Source of the DNA: Mobula hypostoma
Taxonomy: Eukaryota
Length of the DNA: 64,000 nt
Assembly: GCF_963921235.1 (NCBI RefSeq)
Contig: NC_086120.1
Coordinates: 8,246,001 to 8,310,000, forward strand
Reading direction: 5' to 3'
Part shown: positions 36,510 through 50,140 of the stretch, piece by piece
Layout of the letters: each line of letters begins with the position of its first letter
How positions within the stretch are numbered: the first letter of the stretch is position 1
Translations under genes and position numbers: made by a program
Notes under the pieces: generated by a model
What the model was told of the DNA's origin: nothing
What the model saw: only the letters and a program-made list of their open reading frames with translations
Databases searched by the model: none

Positions 36510-36700
36510 TACACACGGAATGCTGGCAGAACGATGGCTGGAGTTGTCCAGGAAGCATCTATGGAAAACCGTAGCGTCGAGGTTTCGGGCCGAGATGTCG
36601 ACTATATTCTTCCCCACAGATGCTACCATACATATTGAGTTCCTTCAGAATTTTGTGTCTGTTGTTTGGATTTCGAGCACCTGAAGATTTTCTCGTGTTT
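36510..36700. mobile_element. Degenerate collapsed Penelope-like palindromic remnant
   Basis: GCATCTATGGAA...GTTTCGGGCCGAGA...CCACAGATGCT, the same arms as the 21.6 kb and 29 kb remnants but more diverged. Confidence 0.6.
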
Positions 36701-38859
36701 GTGATTGGAGCTCCCTAAATTTGCCTGCTAGGAAGAGTTTTAACAGGAGTCGCCAGTCGTGCAGTGGATTTATAACCGAGTGTTCTCTGGTGGTCGACCT
36801 GGTGCTGCACAGGAACCCGACAGAACGAATTGAATGGCTTACATTATTTCTCTTCAGTAAGTCACTAGAACTGGCAACAGCTCAGAGGAAGAGAGGACCC
36901 CGAATACTTCTTTATTAGTCCATTTATCAGTGTCCTAAACAGAATCTTTAATCATTCCGTCAGTGGGCAGCAGACGATTGTGAGACTTCCTGACAACGGA
37001 CAGGTAGCGAACAGTGTGGTTGACATTTCAATCAAATTCAGAACTATGGCTTTAGAGAGTAGATGGACGGTGAAATTCCTACTGACATGCTCTACAAAGG
37101 GCTCAACAACAACCTTAAAAATGAACTGGCCGCCCCTGGCTAGTCGCTTTAGTCATTCATCTGGACCACCGTTTGTCAGAACAGTGGTGAAAGCGGCGCC
37201 AGGATTTCACCAACTTCAATCATACCTATTCTCACCTTCCAGCAACCTTTAAATTTCCTGCTACACATCCTTTACGGATCTACTCGCTGGATGCCGTCGA
37301 ACTCATGCAAATGGGCAGGACACGCCTCTCCGTTGCTGAATGCGACAGATTGAAAGAAGGCAATTTGGAATGGTGGCAAACTGGGACATTAACTTGCCAT
37401 GCACCTTAAGAAGTCAGGAAACTCCAGGGAGCCGTCCAGTAAAGGGGGATATGCGACAATCCCTGGGTCTTCTCACAAGTGCCTCCTTGGTTTGCGTTTA
37501 CCCTCTTGTTTGATATGCAATCAAAAGCAGATTAGATTCGGGTGTTCGTTTACTCCAGTTCAGGGGTTACCGGTACTTTATTTTTTTATGTAGATATAGA
37601 GTAGGTGTAGCGGGACAAGCGGGGGTCCCTATCTCTGAGCTTGATCATTCCCATACTGGCACTGCACTGGATCGTCTGTTGAGCCAGGGAAGGTTTGTTC
37701 CATTTCCGGACCGTTAGGCTTTTGGATTCGGAATCACTATGAAACACGAAAGTTCCACTTGATTTATTCTACAAAGATCCCTCTTATTCTTGGGTATCTA
37801 TGTTTGTCTCTGCATGTTCCTGTAATTGACTAGTCTGGGGTTGTTATTACTGGTTGATTCCCGAAATGCAGGAATAATTGTTTTCATCAGCTTCCCAGAA
37901 TTACGACTATGTGTTCCGAGCGCTAGAGCTCAAACCGAAGATCCCTGAATCTGCAGCCAATCTTCCTAAGTTAGAAGATATTAATGAGATTAGGGAAATC
38001 TCTGAATACTTGGATCTCATGCAGTTTTAGCAAGAAAAAGGCTACTTCGCTGCCAACTTATCGCAATTATGATTGAGTCATTGATTTATTGCCTGGATTT
38101 CCCAAGGAAAGCTGCTCTCCCTGTCCGGTCCTGAGAGATGGGCTATGGAGGATTAACTAGAAGACGCATTGACATCGGAGTTTATCAGACTCTTGATTTC
38201 CACTGTATGGGCAGGGTTCTTAGTCATGAAGAAGGATGGCAGCCTGAAACCCAGTATTAATTATCGGGATATTATCGCGATTATCTTTAAATCTTTACCC
38301 TGGCCCGCAATTAAATCAGTCTTTGATTTACTGCGAGGTGCTAAAATTTTCAGTAAATTGGAAAAGTCTACAATTGAACTTTTATTTGTCAGGGTAATGA
38401 ATAGAAGATGACATTCAATACCCGTACCGGACATTATGAATATCTCGTTATACACTTCGGGCTTGTTAACACCCTGACAGTTATTCATTTCAGGCATTCA
38501 TTAATGATGTCTTGAGGGGATGTTAAACAGGATTGGCCTTGTGTACCTAAGTGATATTTTGATTTTTTTCAAGCTCTTATTAGGGACATGTCTCCCATTT
38601 TTGTCAGGTTTGTCAGTGTTATTGGATAGCTCGAGAAATGTGAATTTCAAGTTCTTAAAGTCTCCTATTCAGGATTTATTTCGAAGGAAACAGATTAATG
38701 GATCCGGATGAAACTCACGCCATTCAGGACTGGCACACGCTCACTTCTATCAAACAGATTCAGAGATTCTTGGGGTTTGCCAACTTTTATAAGAGATTAG
38801 TTAATAATTTTAGCTCAGTGGCTACTCTCCTGTTTAATATTAACATGTTTTTTAGTGTT

Positions 38860-39331
38860 TAGATGGGCGATGGTGCCAAACGGCGACTCCTTTGCTTGCT
38901 TCTTCGGAAACAGCTCTATTTCTGTTTTTCATATCTCTCTTTCTTTTCCTTTTCAGGGTTCTTGTGAAGACATGACCTGGATTTACTCGCTGAGTTTGGT
39001 TCTTTGCGGAAGTGGGACCTGATCTCGGGTCTTCACGACCGGCCGCTGTTCGGTATGTGAAGGATGCGGCCAGAAAGTTTAGCAGAAAGATTCAGGGTAC
39101 AGTACTGGATTTTCGTGGCTCTGCAGGAAGGCAGATTCAAGGCCAGTGCCGCAGTCCGATGCGTCGCGGGAGACAGAAGGTCGTAGGCAGCGAGCTGGCT
39201 GCTGGCTGTGGGCCCAGAGAACCGAGTTCATTGGGCATAAGACCGGGAAAAAGGGATGCAACAGACATTTAATACTATGAAACACGGAGTTGCATTGTTC
39301 TGTCTCCCGTCTTGCTCTGAAACGGGGACAC

Positions 39332-39387
<56 letters not shown>

Positions 39388-39718
39388 TGTGTGTGTGTGT
39401 GTGTATGAAAGAATGAAACCGAATACCGGGAGAACGAGTAGTCATTAGGGTACTGCAAGTCTGTGTCTTTATTGACGCTTTGCTGCACACTTGAGTGCTC
39501 GGTGGAGGATGTGAATGCTTTTTTGCTGGTGGAGGAGGATGGGGGTCATTGCTTTGCTGCGGCTGATGCGTGGGAGGGAACTAGGGATTCCTGTGTGGTT
39601 CTAACATCTAACAGTCATTTCTTCCTGGGGGAATCCTCTGTTTTCGTGGATGTATGCCAAGAAAAATAATTTCAGTATGTATACTGTATACATTTGTCAG
39701 ACATTAAATGTATCTTTT
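38860..39718 (+). mobile_element. Non-autonomous retroposon inserted into the Gypsy RT/RNase H
   Basis: It interrupts Gypsy pol homology. The 3' end TGTATACTGTATACATTTGTCAGACATTAAATGTATC resembles Rex-type tails. Confidence 0.6.
39334..39404. repeat. (TG)n microsatellite, about 35 units with one interruption
   Basis: Directly visible, with an A at 39381. Confidence 0.99.
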
Positions 39719-42179
39719 GGAAATATTGGGTCGTTTCTGTTAGACGGCAGAAGCGGAGACAGCCTTTAATCACCACAGGTATCATTTTGTCATTTCCGTA
39801 TCGTGACTACCCAACCCTTTATTGTTGAGACGGACACTTCCGACATCGGATTTGGAGGTAATATTTCATAACGTTCCACCAGTGATTAAAAAGTTGCATC
39901 CCTGTGCTTCTTTTTTGAAACTTTTATCACCTGCTGAATCCAATTATCATATAGATAACCATGAGTAGTTGACCCTGAAGCTAACCGTAGAAGAGTGCGG
40001 CATTGGTTTGGAGGAGCTGAGCATCCGTTTGTTGTATGGATGGCTCAGAAGAATTTAGCTTATATCCAGAATGCATTGTTTTCTTACCGTTTTAATTTTA
40101 TCCTTACTTAACATCCGTGTTCCAAGAACCTAAAACATGTCGCCCTATCTAGGCAATTTACTCTCCCCCACCCCCCCCCAACCCACATTCACCAACCCTG
40201 ATTCTATAGATAGCCCGGGGAGAATCAACAATTGTTCTTGCCTCCTCGGATATTGATTCCCAAGTAGAAACGCACCCGCGGGCAGAAGTCTATTTTCCAG
40301 TCATGTTCCCCTGGGTTGTCTTTTTGTGCCACCCGATCTTAAGTTGGATGTCCTCAAATAAGGTCTGCATCCAAGTTAATAACCCACTCTGGAATTTCAC
40401 ATACCCTAAAATTCATTTAAAAATACTTTTTTAGTGGCCTGGTATTAATCGGGACGTCAATTGATTTGTCCAGGCCTCTGACGTGTGCCCATTCCAAAGA
40501 TACCAATTCTCCTCCCAACAGTCTTTTTCGTTCCAGCCCACCCCCTCGAGACCCTGGTCCCATCTCTCTCTGCATTTTATAACTGGTTTCCCCCATCACG
40601 TTGCTTTTTTTTTGTCGTTGTTGATCGATTTTGCAACGTTACTAATTTCCCCCCTTACTGCATTGCAAGTGTTTAGGGTACATGGGTTTCCTTCTGGTAT
40701 TTTATCTCAGAGGTTCACAATTTACTTCCAAACTTCCGAAAGCGTTTTGTAAACTTATTTGTGCAACTTCTAGCCGTTCTTCCAATTTTAACCCACAGAC
40801 GAATAGTCAGATCGAGAGGACTAATAAAGATTTGGAAGTCGCTCTTCTTTTCTTTCTTTCTGGTTTCCAACCCTCTTGGAATGACCAGTTAATTTGGGTA
40901 GAGATTGCTCATTATATTCTTCACCATTCTTCACTTAACATGTCCTCTTATAAATGTCAATTTGAGTTTAAGCCTTCTTTCTTGAGCAGGAAGTGGAAGT
41001 CAGTTTTCCATCCTCTAAACAAGTTTGTTGCGTGCTGTAAGCAGTGATGGCTTAAAGTCAAGAGGAGTTTGGTCTTACTTCGGTGAGGCAGAAACTTCAT
41101 ACCAATAAGAGGAGACGATTGGATTCTTCTTATGTGTGGGTCAACCCAAGCCGTTCTCCTTAAAGCACAATCCTGGAAGCTAGTTCTTGGCTTCATTGGG
41201 CCCTATTAAGAGGATTGTTAAGAGAATTAGTCCTGTAATATATAGATTACAGCTTCTCAGGTCTCCTGAATCCATTCCATTTTTCACATCTCCAAACTTA
41301 AGCTCCAAATCTGTTGTCCTTTGTCCCCTATTCCTTAGTCTCTCCCTTCTCCTAGAATCATAGATGGAACAACTGTTTATACTGTCCAGAGATTGCTTGA
41401 CCCCTGGCAAGTTAAGAGGCAGTTCCAGTGTTTCGTTGATTGGGAGAGGTGTGACCTATAGGAGAGGAGTTAGGTTCCAGTTCGGGATATTTTAGATCCT
41501 GATCTGATTAATGATTTTCATCGTCTTCACCCCAATCTCCCTCAGCTGCTAGGAGTCGGCTTTAGAATGGAGGCTTCTGTCACAACCAGGAGTCATTAAA
41601 AATATATATATTTTTTTTCCACGTAGGATGTGGGTTGTATTTTCACAAGGTAAATTTATGAGTTTGTAATGATCCTTGGATTGTTTACCTTCAATTAAAT
41701 TTTTTGTCTCCAGACTTGCTGTGGGTTTTCGCTTTGTGATGCAGGAGTTTCAATTGGTATCACGGAAATTGATAAACTATCTTGGTATTCATCACTTGTG
41801 TTCAATTTGCGCTGACTGAATACCACGGGATAAATTACGTATTGACCCCTCATAATTTTACGTACCTCCAAGTCTGGGTATCATTAGTGATGCAGTTCTT
41901 CAAGATTTTGTATAGTTTGTCTGAGTTTGTGTGAGGTTTTCTGCATAATATCTGTAACAATTTTTTTGTCTTGGTTGAACTGCCGAAGGTTCTGGGGTTC
42001 CTGCAGCTGAGTGTGCTCGTGACCCGTTTAATTCTTTCTCCCACCGTAAACCCACGACCTCTACACCCTCCAGTTTTTAATTCACTTTCCAGCGGAATAT
42101 AACTGTGTGTATTACACTGTCTATGTCCCTCTAAATTTCCAACACCAGTGTAAGATTATCGCTCAGTCACCTGCTGTTC

Positions 42180-42720
42180 AAGGGAAAGGTCAGCCCCAAC
42201 CTGTCCAACATCCCCTATAACACAGGCCCTCAGCCATAGCAATATTATAAAGAATAGCTTTTTGTTCTCTTTCCTGATTAATGACTTTGTTCCTTAAACA
42301 GAGGGATGAAAATTGTACAGGTGCTTCAGGTGTAGCCTCACTATTGTTTATACAACTACAGTCTGAGATCTTGACACCTATACTCATATGCTAGCTGATA
42401 AAGGATGGTGTGCCAAATGACTTTGTCACCATTCTGTCAATCTGTGACATCACATTCAGGGAACAATATACTTGTACTCCTACATCTTGTTCTACAGCAC
42501 TCCCCAGGGTCCTAAAATTTGTTATGTACGTAATACACTTTTTTGCCTTACTTCAGCACCTTGAATTTACCTAGAGTGATACCATCTGCCATTCCTCTGT
42601 CCACTTACATCGCTGCTCTAGGTCCCCATGTGATTGTTAATATGCCCAATGATATTCGGTGCCCCAATTTCGAAGAAAATCCTCGCCAGCAGTACAATAT
42701 TTTCTTTAATGCATTCTTCA
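42180..42720 (-). mobile_element. Old LINE (CR1/Rex-type) RT C-terminal fragment
   Basis: ORF 42190-42387 (GVKIS....INN....APVQ...L...NKV......AILY..MA..L.Y) resembles a non-LTR RT C-terminus, heavily decayed. Confidence 0.5.
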
Positions 42721-43751
42721 AGATATTTCTGGACACAAATGATCACAAAAACAAGACTGGCTCTGGTAATTAAAGAGGTGTCTACCGGCTCTCCAACTCT
42801 GGGAGAGTCAACACCAGAATCCTCATCAATGGCCGCCTTCATCAGTGGCCCCACTTGCTCACAGTGTGAAATTTATTCATGCATATATATAGTTAACATG
42901 ATCTTCATTGCACAGAAATGCCTTTGACTCCATCCACCAAACAGTCTATTGAACAATCACCTCAAATTTGGTTTGTAATGAAATTAACCTTGCTTTCACA
43001 TGTGCTCCAGAAATATTTGCTAACAAAACCATTCTGGTCTTCAACTAAGTTGCAATCTCACTTTTCCTCAATCTGTTTTGTTGCTATGTTGCATCTCACC
43101 CCCAAAATCTTCTTGTGGGAGTTGAGACGATCCCGAGAACAAATGGGAATCTCTTTAAACGACAAAACTGCAATCTTGAACCAAAGACTCTCAATCTTTG
43201 CTGGTCAACCTGCTATATGTGTTACGGCACGCAGCCAATTGCGCCAACATCCAGAATTTGGATGGGGGCATGCCTCGATAATGATGCGCACCCAGGGATG
43301 GCCGGGACCATCGTGTTGATTCAGAGAAAAAATTGCTGGCCTAAAATCGTGAGGGACATCCATCAATACGTTCAGACATCCGAGGTGTGCGCCAGGAACA
43401 AGGAGCCCCTCACCCAACCTCAAGGGCTCTTTCACCATCTGCTTGTTCTGTATAAACCCATGGCTCCAAATCTCCATCCACTTTATCACAAGTCTTCCTC
43501 CTTCTAATGGGAAGGCCGTTATCATAGTAATTTTGGATAATTTTGCGAAGGCCTGCATATTCATTGCCTTGGACAGACTACCATCTGCGGCGTAGTCAGC
43601 TGAAATTCTGTTGCACCAGATCTTCAGGATCCACTGTTTTCCGGTGGAAAGTTGTCACGTCGCTGACCACATTTTCCATGATGTTTTTGGAAGGCGTTGT
43701 ATAAGCTGGCTGCGGCAACAGTGAGTCTTTTCTCTGGGTTTCACTTGAATC

Positions 43752-45635
43752 CAGGGGGTCAATGTGGACCTGGTAGAGGATTACAAATACCTGGGGATAC
43801 GAATTGACAATAAACTAGACTTGTCAAAGGACACAGAGGCTGTCTACAAGAAGCGTCAGAGCCATCTCTATTTCCTGAGGAGACCAAGGTCCTTTAACAT
43901 CTGCCGGACGATGCTGAGGACCAGGCATATAGAGGAGGGTAGTGCAGTGGATGTGATCTATATGGATTTTAGTAAGGCATTTGACAAGGTTCCACATGGT
44001 AGGCTTATTCAGAAAGTTAGAAGGCATGGGATCCAGGGAAGTTTGGCCAGGTGGATTCAGAATTGGCTTGCCTGCAGAAGTCAGAGGCTGGTGTTGGAGG
44101 GAGTACATTCAGATTGGAGGATTGTGACTAGTGGTGTCCCACAAGGATCTGTTCTGGGACCTCTAATTTTCGTGATTTTTATTAACGACCTGGATGCTGG
44201 GGTAGAAGGGTGGGTTGGCAAGTTTGCAGATGATGCAAAGGTTGGTGGTGTTGTAGATAGTTTAGAGGATTGTCAAAGATTGCAGAGAGACATTAATAGG
44301 TTGCAGAAGTGGGCTGAGAAGTGGCAGATGGAGTTCAACCCGGAGAAGTGTGAGGTGGTACACTTTGGAAGGACAAACTCCAAGGCAGAGTACAAAGTAA
44401 ATGGCAGGATACTTGGTAGTGTGGAGGAGCAGAGAGATCTCGGGGTACATGTCCACAGATCCCTGAAAGTTGCCTCACAGGTAGATAGGGTAGTTAAGAA
44501 AGCTTATGGGGTCTTAGCTTTCATAAGTCGAGGGATAGAGTTCAAGAGTCGCGATGTAATGATGTAGCTCTATAAAACTCTGGTTAGGCCACACTTGGAG
44601 TATTGTGTCCAGTTCTGGTCACCTCACTATAGGAATGATGCGGAAGCATTGGAAAGGGTACAGAGGAGATTTATCAGGATGCTGCCTGGTTTAGAAAGTA
44701 TGCATTATGATGAGAGATTAAGGGAGCTAGGGCTTTACTCTTTGGAGAGAAGGAGGATGAGAGGAGACATGATAGAGGTGTACAAGATAATAAGAGGAAT
44801 AGATAGAGTGGATAGCCAGCGCCTCTTCCCCAGGGCACCACTGCTCAATACAAGAGGACATGGCTTTAAGGTAAGGGGTGGGAAGTTCAAGGGGGATATT
44901 AGAGGAAGGCTTTTACCAGAGAGTAGTTGGTGCGTGGAATGCACTGCCTGAGTCAGTGGTGGAGGCAGATACACTAGTGAAGTTTAAGAGACTACTGGAC
45001 AGGTATATGGAGGAATCTTACGTGGGGGCTTATATGGGAGGAAGGGTTTGAGGGTCGGCACAACATTATGGGCCGAAGGGCCTGTACTGTGCTGTACTAT
45101 TCTATGTTCTTTGTTCTATGTTCTACGAGTCTGTGGTGGGCAGTGCGATGATGTTTGCTGTTGTGTGATGGGGCAGCGGGCTGAGGGTAGCAGACACCAA
45201 CAGAATCAACAAACTCATTCGTAAGGCCAGTGATGTTGGGGGGATGGCACTGGACTCTCTGACGGTGGTGTCCGAAAACAGGATGCTGTCCAAGTTGAAT
45301 GTCATCTTGGACAATGTCTCCCATCCACTACATAATGTACTGGTTGGGCACAGGAATACATTCAGCCAGAGACTCATTCTACCGAGATGCAACACTGAGC
45401 GTCATAGGAAATCATTCCTGCCTGTGGCCATCAAACTTTACAACTCTTCCCTTGGAGGGTCAGACACCCTGAGCCAATAGGCTGGTCGTGGACCTATTTC
45501 CATCTGGCATAATTTACATATTATTATTTAATTATTTATCGTTTTATATTGCTATATTTATACTCTATTCTTGGTTGGTGCAACTCTAACGAAACACAAT
45601 TTCCCTCGGGATCAATAAAGTATGTCTGTCTATCT
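43752..45635 (+). mobile_element. Rex1/Babar 3' fragment (about 43752-43920 and 45121-45635) interrupted by a young CR1
   Basis: YKYLGIRIDNKLD...LYFLRR.RSFNIC.TMLR | FYESVVGSAMMFAVV...HRKSFLPVAIKLYN, ending AATAAAGTATGTCTGTCTATCT. Confidence 0.9.
43921..45120 (+). mobile_element. Young 5'-truncated CR1 (RT core to tail)
   Basis: VDVIYMDFSKAFDKVPH...GVPQGSVLGP...KFADD, with one stop at 44565-44567. The (TTCTATG)n tail overlaps the Rex1 target by microhomology. Confidence 0.95.
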
Positions 45636-47029
45636 GTTTGTCAATGGCCAAATGGAATGGGTGAACCTAGATTTGGAACGAACCCTAAGATGCTTTGCCT
45701 TGGAAAATCCGGACGAGTTATACGAACATTTCTGGGCTGAGGTCATCCACAACACTTCGTACATGAGATGTCCCTTTTTGAATGCCAATTTGGGTAATCT
45801 CCACCACAAGAGAAGACGGGATTCCATTTTGCAGTACGAGCAACCAGCCTGGTTGTCGACTCAGGATTTGCCTCTCCAGGTGGAGTCTAGAAAATTGGCA
45901 TCCAATTTGATTGGACCCTTTAATGTTCTCAAGAAAGTCAACATGGTGGCTCTGCAAGACCCTCAACATCAATTCCACTTTACACATTTCCAAATTAAAA
46001 CCTATGTACACCAGCTCTTTAGCCCTACGACCATCAGTCCCACCACCACCTTGGTTTATCAAAGTCTTCACCATGAGAAGAATTTTGGATTTATGAACAT
46101 TTCGGTGCAAACGGCAGTTTCCTGTGTACCGGAAAAGATTCAGATCCGCGGAACGGTGCTAGGTTCCTGAACGGTCTGTCTCGGAACCGGCTCTCATTCA
46201 CAACCACCATCATGGTCACTCTGAGCAGCCAGTGCTGTCAGGAGTCAGTCGTAGGGGGAGGGGTCCTGCTATCAGACACACACCGAACCATGCCAGCTTT
46301 CAGGGTTTAGATGCTCTAACTCTCCGGAATATGGATAGCTGGTGCGACCCTTTTAAAGTTCCAGGCTGCCCGCGAACTGGCGGTCAGTTTTGGAGCTGGG
46401 ATTTAACATTTAAAGAGCACCTGAACTGCGGTTCGGTGCTCAATCGTAAATTCACTTGGAATATCGCGTCGGGGCGTTTTTTGTACTCACTACTGTTTCC
46501 AGTCTTGAATCATGAGTTGATCATAGTCTCAGATACTCCAGAACTTGGGTCCTAACCATCCATGTCAAAATCTGTCGTCACAATATGCAGTTGATAAGTG
46601 CTCGAAAGCATTGCTCGCCATTTTGTTATGGAATACAGCAGAATGAATCTTACAAGTCAACATCCACAAAGCAAAAGGTCTCCAACAACCTCCATTGCTC
46701 AAGACGGGGACTTTTCCTTGATCGCAGGAGCAACCACTCAGTGATGGCAGACATTAACGGTGAAAGTGAGCACTGTCGTTAATGAGCCTAAAACACTTTG
46801 GTTGACTAAGGAAGATGAAATTTTAACATTCAGACCTCAATCCTGTCATACAACTCAAAGAGATCCCTGTCTTCTAAGATAAATCTGACCTCTAACCTAC
46901 CTACAGCAGACATCTAAAGACACCGTAACTGTGCCATAAATCCACAATGATCACGGTAAGGACAAGTGAAAGAATGTTACTGGTCTGTCCCAGAACAGTA
47001 CGACCAGGTCTGAGTTCATAGTTAACGCT

Positions 47030-47430
47030 CATAGTCCTAGGGTCATGGAAAACTGCAGCACAGAAACAGGCCTTCAGTACATTTAGTCCATGCCGATCCA
47101 TTTAAGTTGCCTAGTCCCATCGATCTGCACTCGGGCTATAGCCCTCCATGTCCCTACTACCGATGTAAGTATACAAATATCTCTTAAATATTGAAATCTA
47201 ATTTACATCCACTACCTGCTGGCATCTGGCTACACACTGTCAACGCCTTCTAACTGAGGAAGTTACCCCTCATGTTACCCAAAATCATTTTACCCTTCAC
47301 CTCTAGAGGTAGTCTCACCCAGACTCAATGGAAAAAAAACTGCTTGCGTTTAATCTATCTACATCTCTCTCATTTTTGTACACTTCTTCAACTCTCCCCT
47401 CAATCTTCTGCACACTGGAGAAGCTTTTCT
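47030..47430 (-). mobile_element. CR1 3' end
   Basis: Begins with a CATAG...GCACAGAAACAGGCCTTC tail-side motif, followed by RT C-terminal sequence. Confidence 0.7.
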
Positions 47431-47444
47431 CAAACCATGTGCCT

Positions 47445-48820
47445 TTCAGGAACCCTTGAAATAGTTTTCATGTCTCAAGGAACACCTATGTAAGAAATAT
47501 TATGTCTACAGCTCACAGTCCATTTGTATGATCAGTAAATTATAGATATAATAATCCAAAAATAATTGTCAATGCTCTTCACCTTGAAAGGAAATGAGAT
47601 GACCTCTATCATTGCCCGTGATATTTGTAATAAAAGAGAAACATTGCTCACGCATGAAAGCTACCACAAAATATTCACTACTTTACCATGAATGGCAGGA
47701 CCATCTTCTTTAACGGGCATGCAGAACTTGTTCAGGGGCAGGTCAGTAAATCTTACCTCCAATGCAAAAACCGACTGCATCTCAAAAAGTTCCTCTGCTC
47801 TCAAAGTCAAGTTCTCAGGCTGAGCAGATGATTCAGAGAATGGGTTCCTCGCCCATTCATACACTTGTGTTGAATGAGAGGAAAAATACTGTTCAAGTTT
47901 GTTCTGCACTTCTTCCTGGTGGTTTTCCACAAGGTTCGAGACTTTCTGATCCTTCCACTCTCAAGCCCAAGCAGCATTGAAAACATTTCAAGAATTCCTT
48001 TTACGATATGATCTTTCCAAAGGTTCAGTTTCTCTTTAAATTCAACAATCTTGTGACTTGAAGGCACAACGTTTTCAATAGGGCCCTGCAGAGCTTTATT
48101 CAACTGGTTCTTATGATGAAAAACGTCTATTTAAGTAGGCTTGTTTCTGCAGCCATTCTTCATTTTCAAATTACTCAGCGAAATCTGACCTACTTTTCTT
48201 TTTGTAAGTACAGTTGCAATTCACTTTTCAACTCAAACGTTCTGTTGAGAACTCTCAGCCACTGTACTTCTGTATGTAGCAGGAGATTGGAGTGCTCTTT
48301 GTCCTGATTTTCGCACAGTATTTTAAACATTTTGGAGCGAACTGGTCTTCTTTTAGTAAAACTAACCATTTCGTAGCATCATTCAGAACGTTTTCCATTT
48401 CATCTCCAAATTTTCTGACATCTGCACCTCTCTGTGAAGAATGCACTGCATTGAGACACTGTCAAGATATTTCTTTGGACAAGAGAAATGAAACCCCTCA
48501 CGGGGCCAGCTGTTGATAGGGCACCATCAATACAGATGCCAACACAGTTCTTCTAAGGCAAACATGTTTCGGCAGCTCTTTGTAAGAATATATTTTTCTT
48601 GTATTGCAGGTCTGTTTCTCCTTACACTTCCATGATGAATAGCGGCCCTGGAGATGCAGATGCGAGTCTCTCTGTCGGGCGCCAGAGTTGTATCAACTTT
48701 CGTCTGGCATCTCAACAGCCGTTCCAACATAGGTGCTCCTGAGTTGGCACCACCTGATGCAGTCCTTGATGTACGCAAGTCTACCATGACATCAACGTGT
48801 TGATACAGGTTGTGGAAACC
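47445..48820 (-). mobile_element. hAT (Buster/Charlie, FAM200/ZBED5-like) transposase remnant, C-terminal half
   Basis: Minus ORFs: ..GICIDGA.. at about 48520, EMENVLNDATK, LQGP.ENV..SS.KIVEFKEKLNLWK, YEWARNPF...RFTDLPL.KF. Confidence 0.85.
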
Positions 48821-49839
48821 TTCTAAATTTATAGGTTTGCAGTGGAAAGCTTTTAATTGGCATGTTATATACTATGTTCAAGTTGGGACCAGGTTGTGAT
48901 TAGTTGGAAGTGGGTGCAGTAAATTATAGAAGCAAAGGGAAGAAGGTCATCTAATAGCTGTATGACTCTGCATAAATAATGTTGTGCATTTAAATATTTC
49001 AAAACTAACAAGCTAACACAGCAGAGATGCTGTTTAATGTATACATCAGAAGTTACTGATATTATCATTAAAATTTGTTGGTGGTTTATTTGGAGAGCAG
49101 TGGAAAAGAGCTATAGAGACATCAGTTTGTGCATCAAGTTCATTATCACGTTTCAATATCCAACAATATATGGCACATAGGCTTATTGATTTATCCTGTG
49201 GCAGCGTTTCTATTTTTTTTTTGCAGTGATTAGCTGAACCATTCAAGCCAAATATCATGCCTTCCCCTCTTTTAAAGGAGGTGTTTGGTGGATGCAACCA
49301 TTGCTGTACATCAAGAGATCAGATTCATGAGCGATATGATGGTAATTACTGTGAGAGAAACACCTGATATAAGATAGAAAAATACAGCACAGCAACGGCT
49401 GAACTAACTAAGTTCATCACACGTAATTTCTTCTGCCTGCACTTAATCATTTGGCTCATATATCTACATGCACATGTGCCTATCTAAGAGCCACTTAAAT
49501 GCCTCTTGCATATCTTCTTCCATCATCAAGTTTGGCAGCACCTTCCAGACACACATCTCTGTGTAAAAGAAGGAAAAATCCTGTACTTCTCCTCTCACGT
49601 GCATGGTAGCGTAGAATTAGCGTAATACTATTATAGTGCTGGTGACACAGGTTAAATCCTGCCACTGTGTAAAGAGTCGGTACCATCTCCGCATAACCAC
49701 CAGGTGCTGACGTTTCCACACATTTGTCAAAGACATACGGGATAGCAGGTTCATTTGTCATACAGCTGTAATTGGACAGCGAGGCTCATTGTGCCAGAAC
49801 GGCCTGGTACCATGCTGTATCTCAAGTTAAAACAAAATG

Positions 49840-50140
49840 TATGCCTGTGGCTGCTCGGCCACGCAGCAAGCGAACCGGCTCCAGTAGTCGCCGGCGAGCT
49901 CGCAACCAGCGGCAACCGAGAGGACTCTGAGTGCGGGGCAGACCTCGGCCCGAAAGCCGACGTCGCTTCTGCCCCGCAAAGAGCGGGGGTTGCTGGGAGC
50001 GGGCACTTAAGCGCGCGCCGATTCAAACAGTGAACGGTTCAACCCGACCCTGATCGAGTCAGTGTGTTGTTTTCACTCGTACCGTATCAGCGCGACTACA
50101 TTGCTGACCCCGACGGTCCAACGGCATTTGGGCCCAACAT
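49840..50140. other. CpG-rich island with a strong stem-loop, not assigned to a repeat family
   Basis: Dense CpG in a CpG-depleted background. 11-bp perfect stem TGCGGGGCAGA (49932-49942) / TCTGCCCCGCA (49968-49978). Confidence 0.6.

Larger units (their letters stand above)
36720..41585 (+). mobile_element. Decayed Gypsy chromovirus (Sushi-like): gag, protease, RT, RNase H, integrase, chromodomain
   Basis: gag (..FRTMALES.W..), RT (KKDGSLKP.INYR..; VYLSDILIF), RNase H (FIVETDTSDIG), integrase, and chromodomain PRIIDGTTVYTVQRLLD...FVDWE...VPVRDILDPDLINDFHRLHP at 41351-41533. TGTCACA follows at 41578. Many stops. Confidence 0.9.
42950..46580 (+). mobile_element. Second Gypsy chromovirus fragment (integrase to 3' LTR), split by a nested Rex1/CR1 at about 43752-45635
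   Basis: HPGMAGT.......WP...DIHQYVQT..VCARNK zinc-finger region at 43290-43400. The ..GFHLNP|NGQMEWVN.. motif is split by the insertion. A purine tract AGGGGGAGGGG lies at about 46253-46263, followed by LTR-like sequence ending TCGTCACA at about 46581. Confidence 0.8.
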
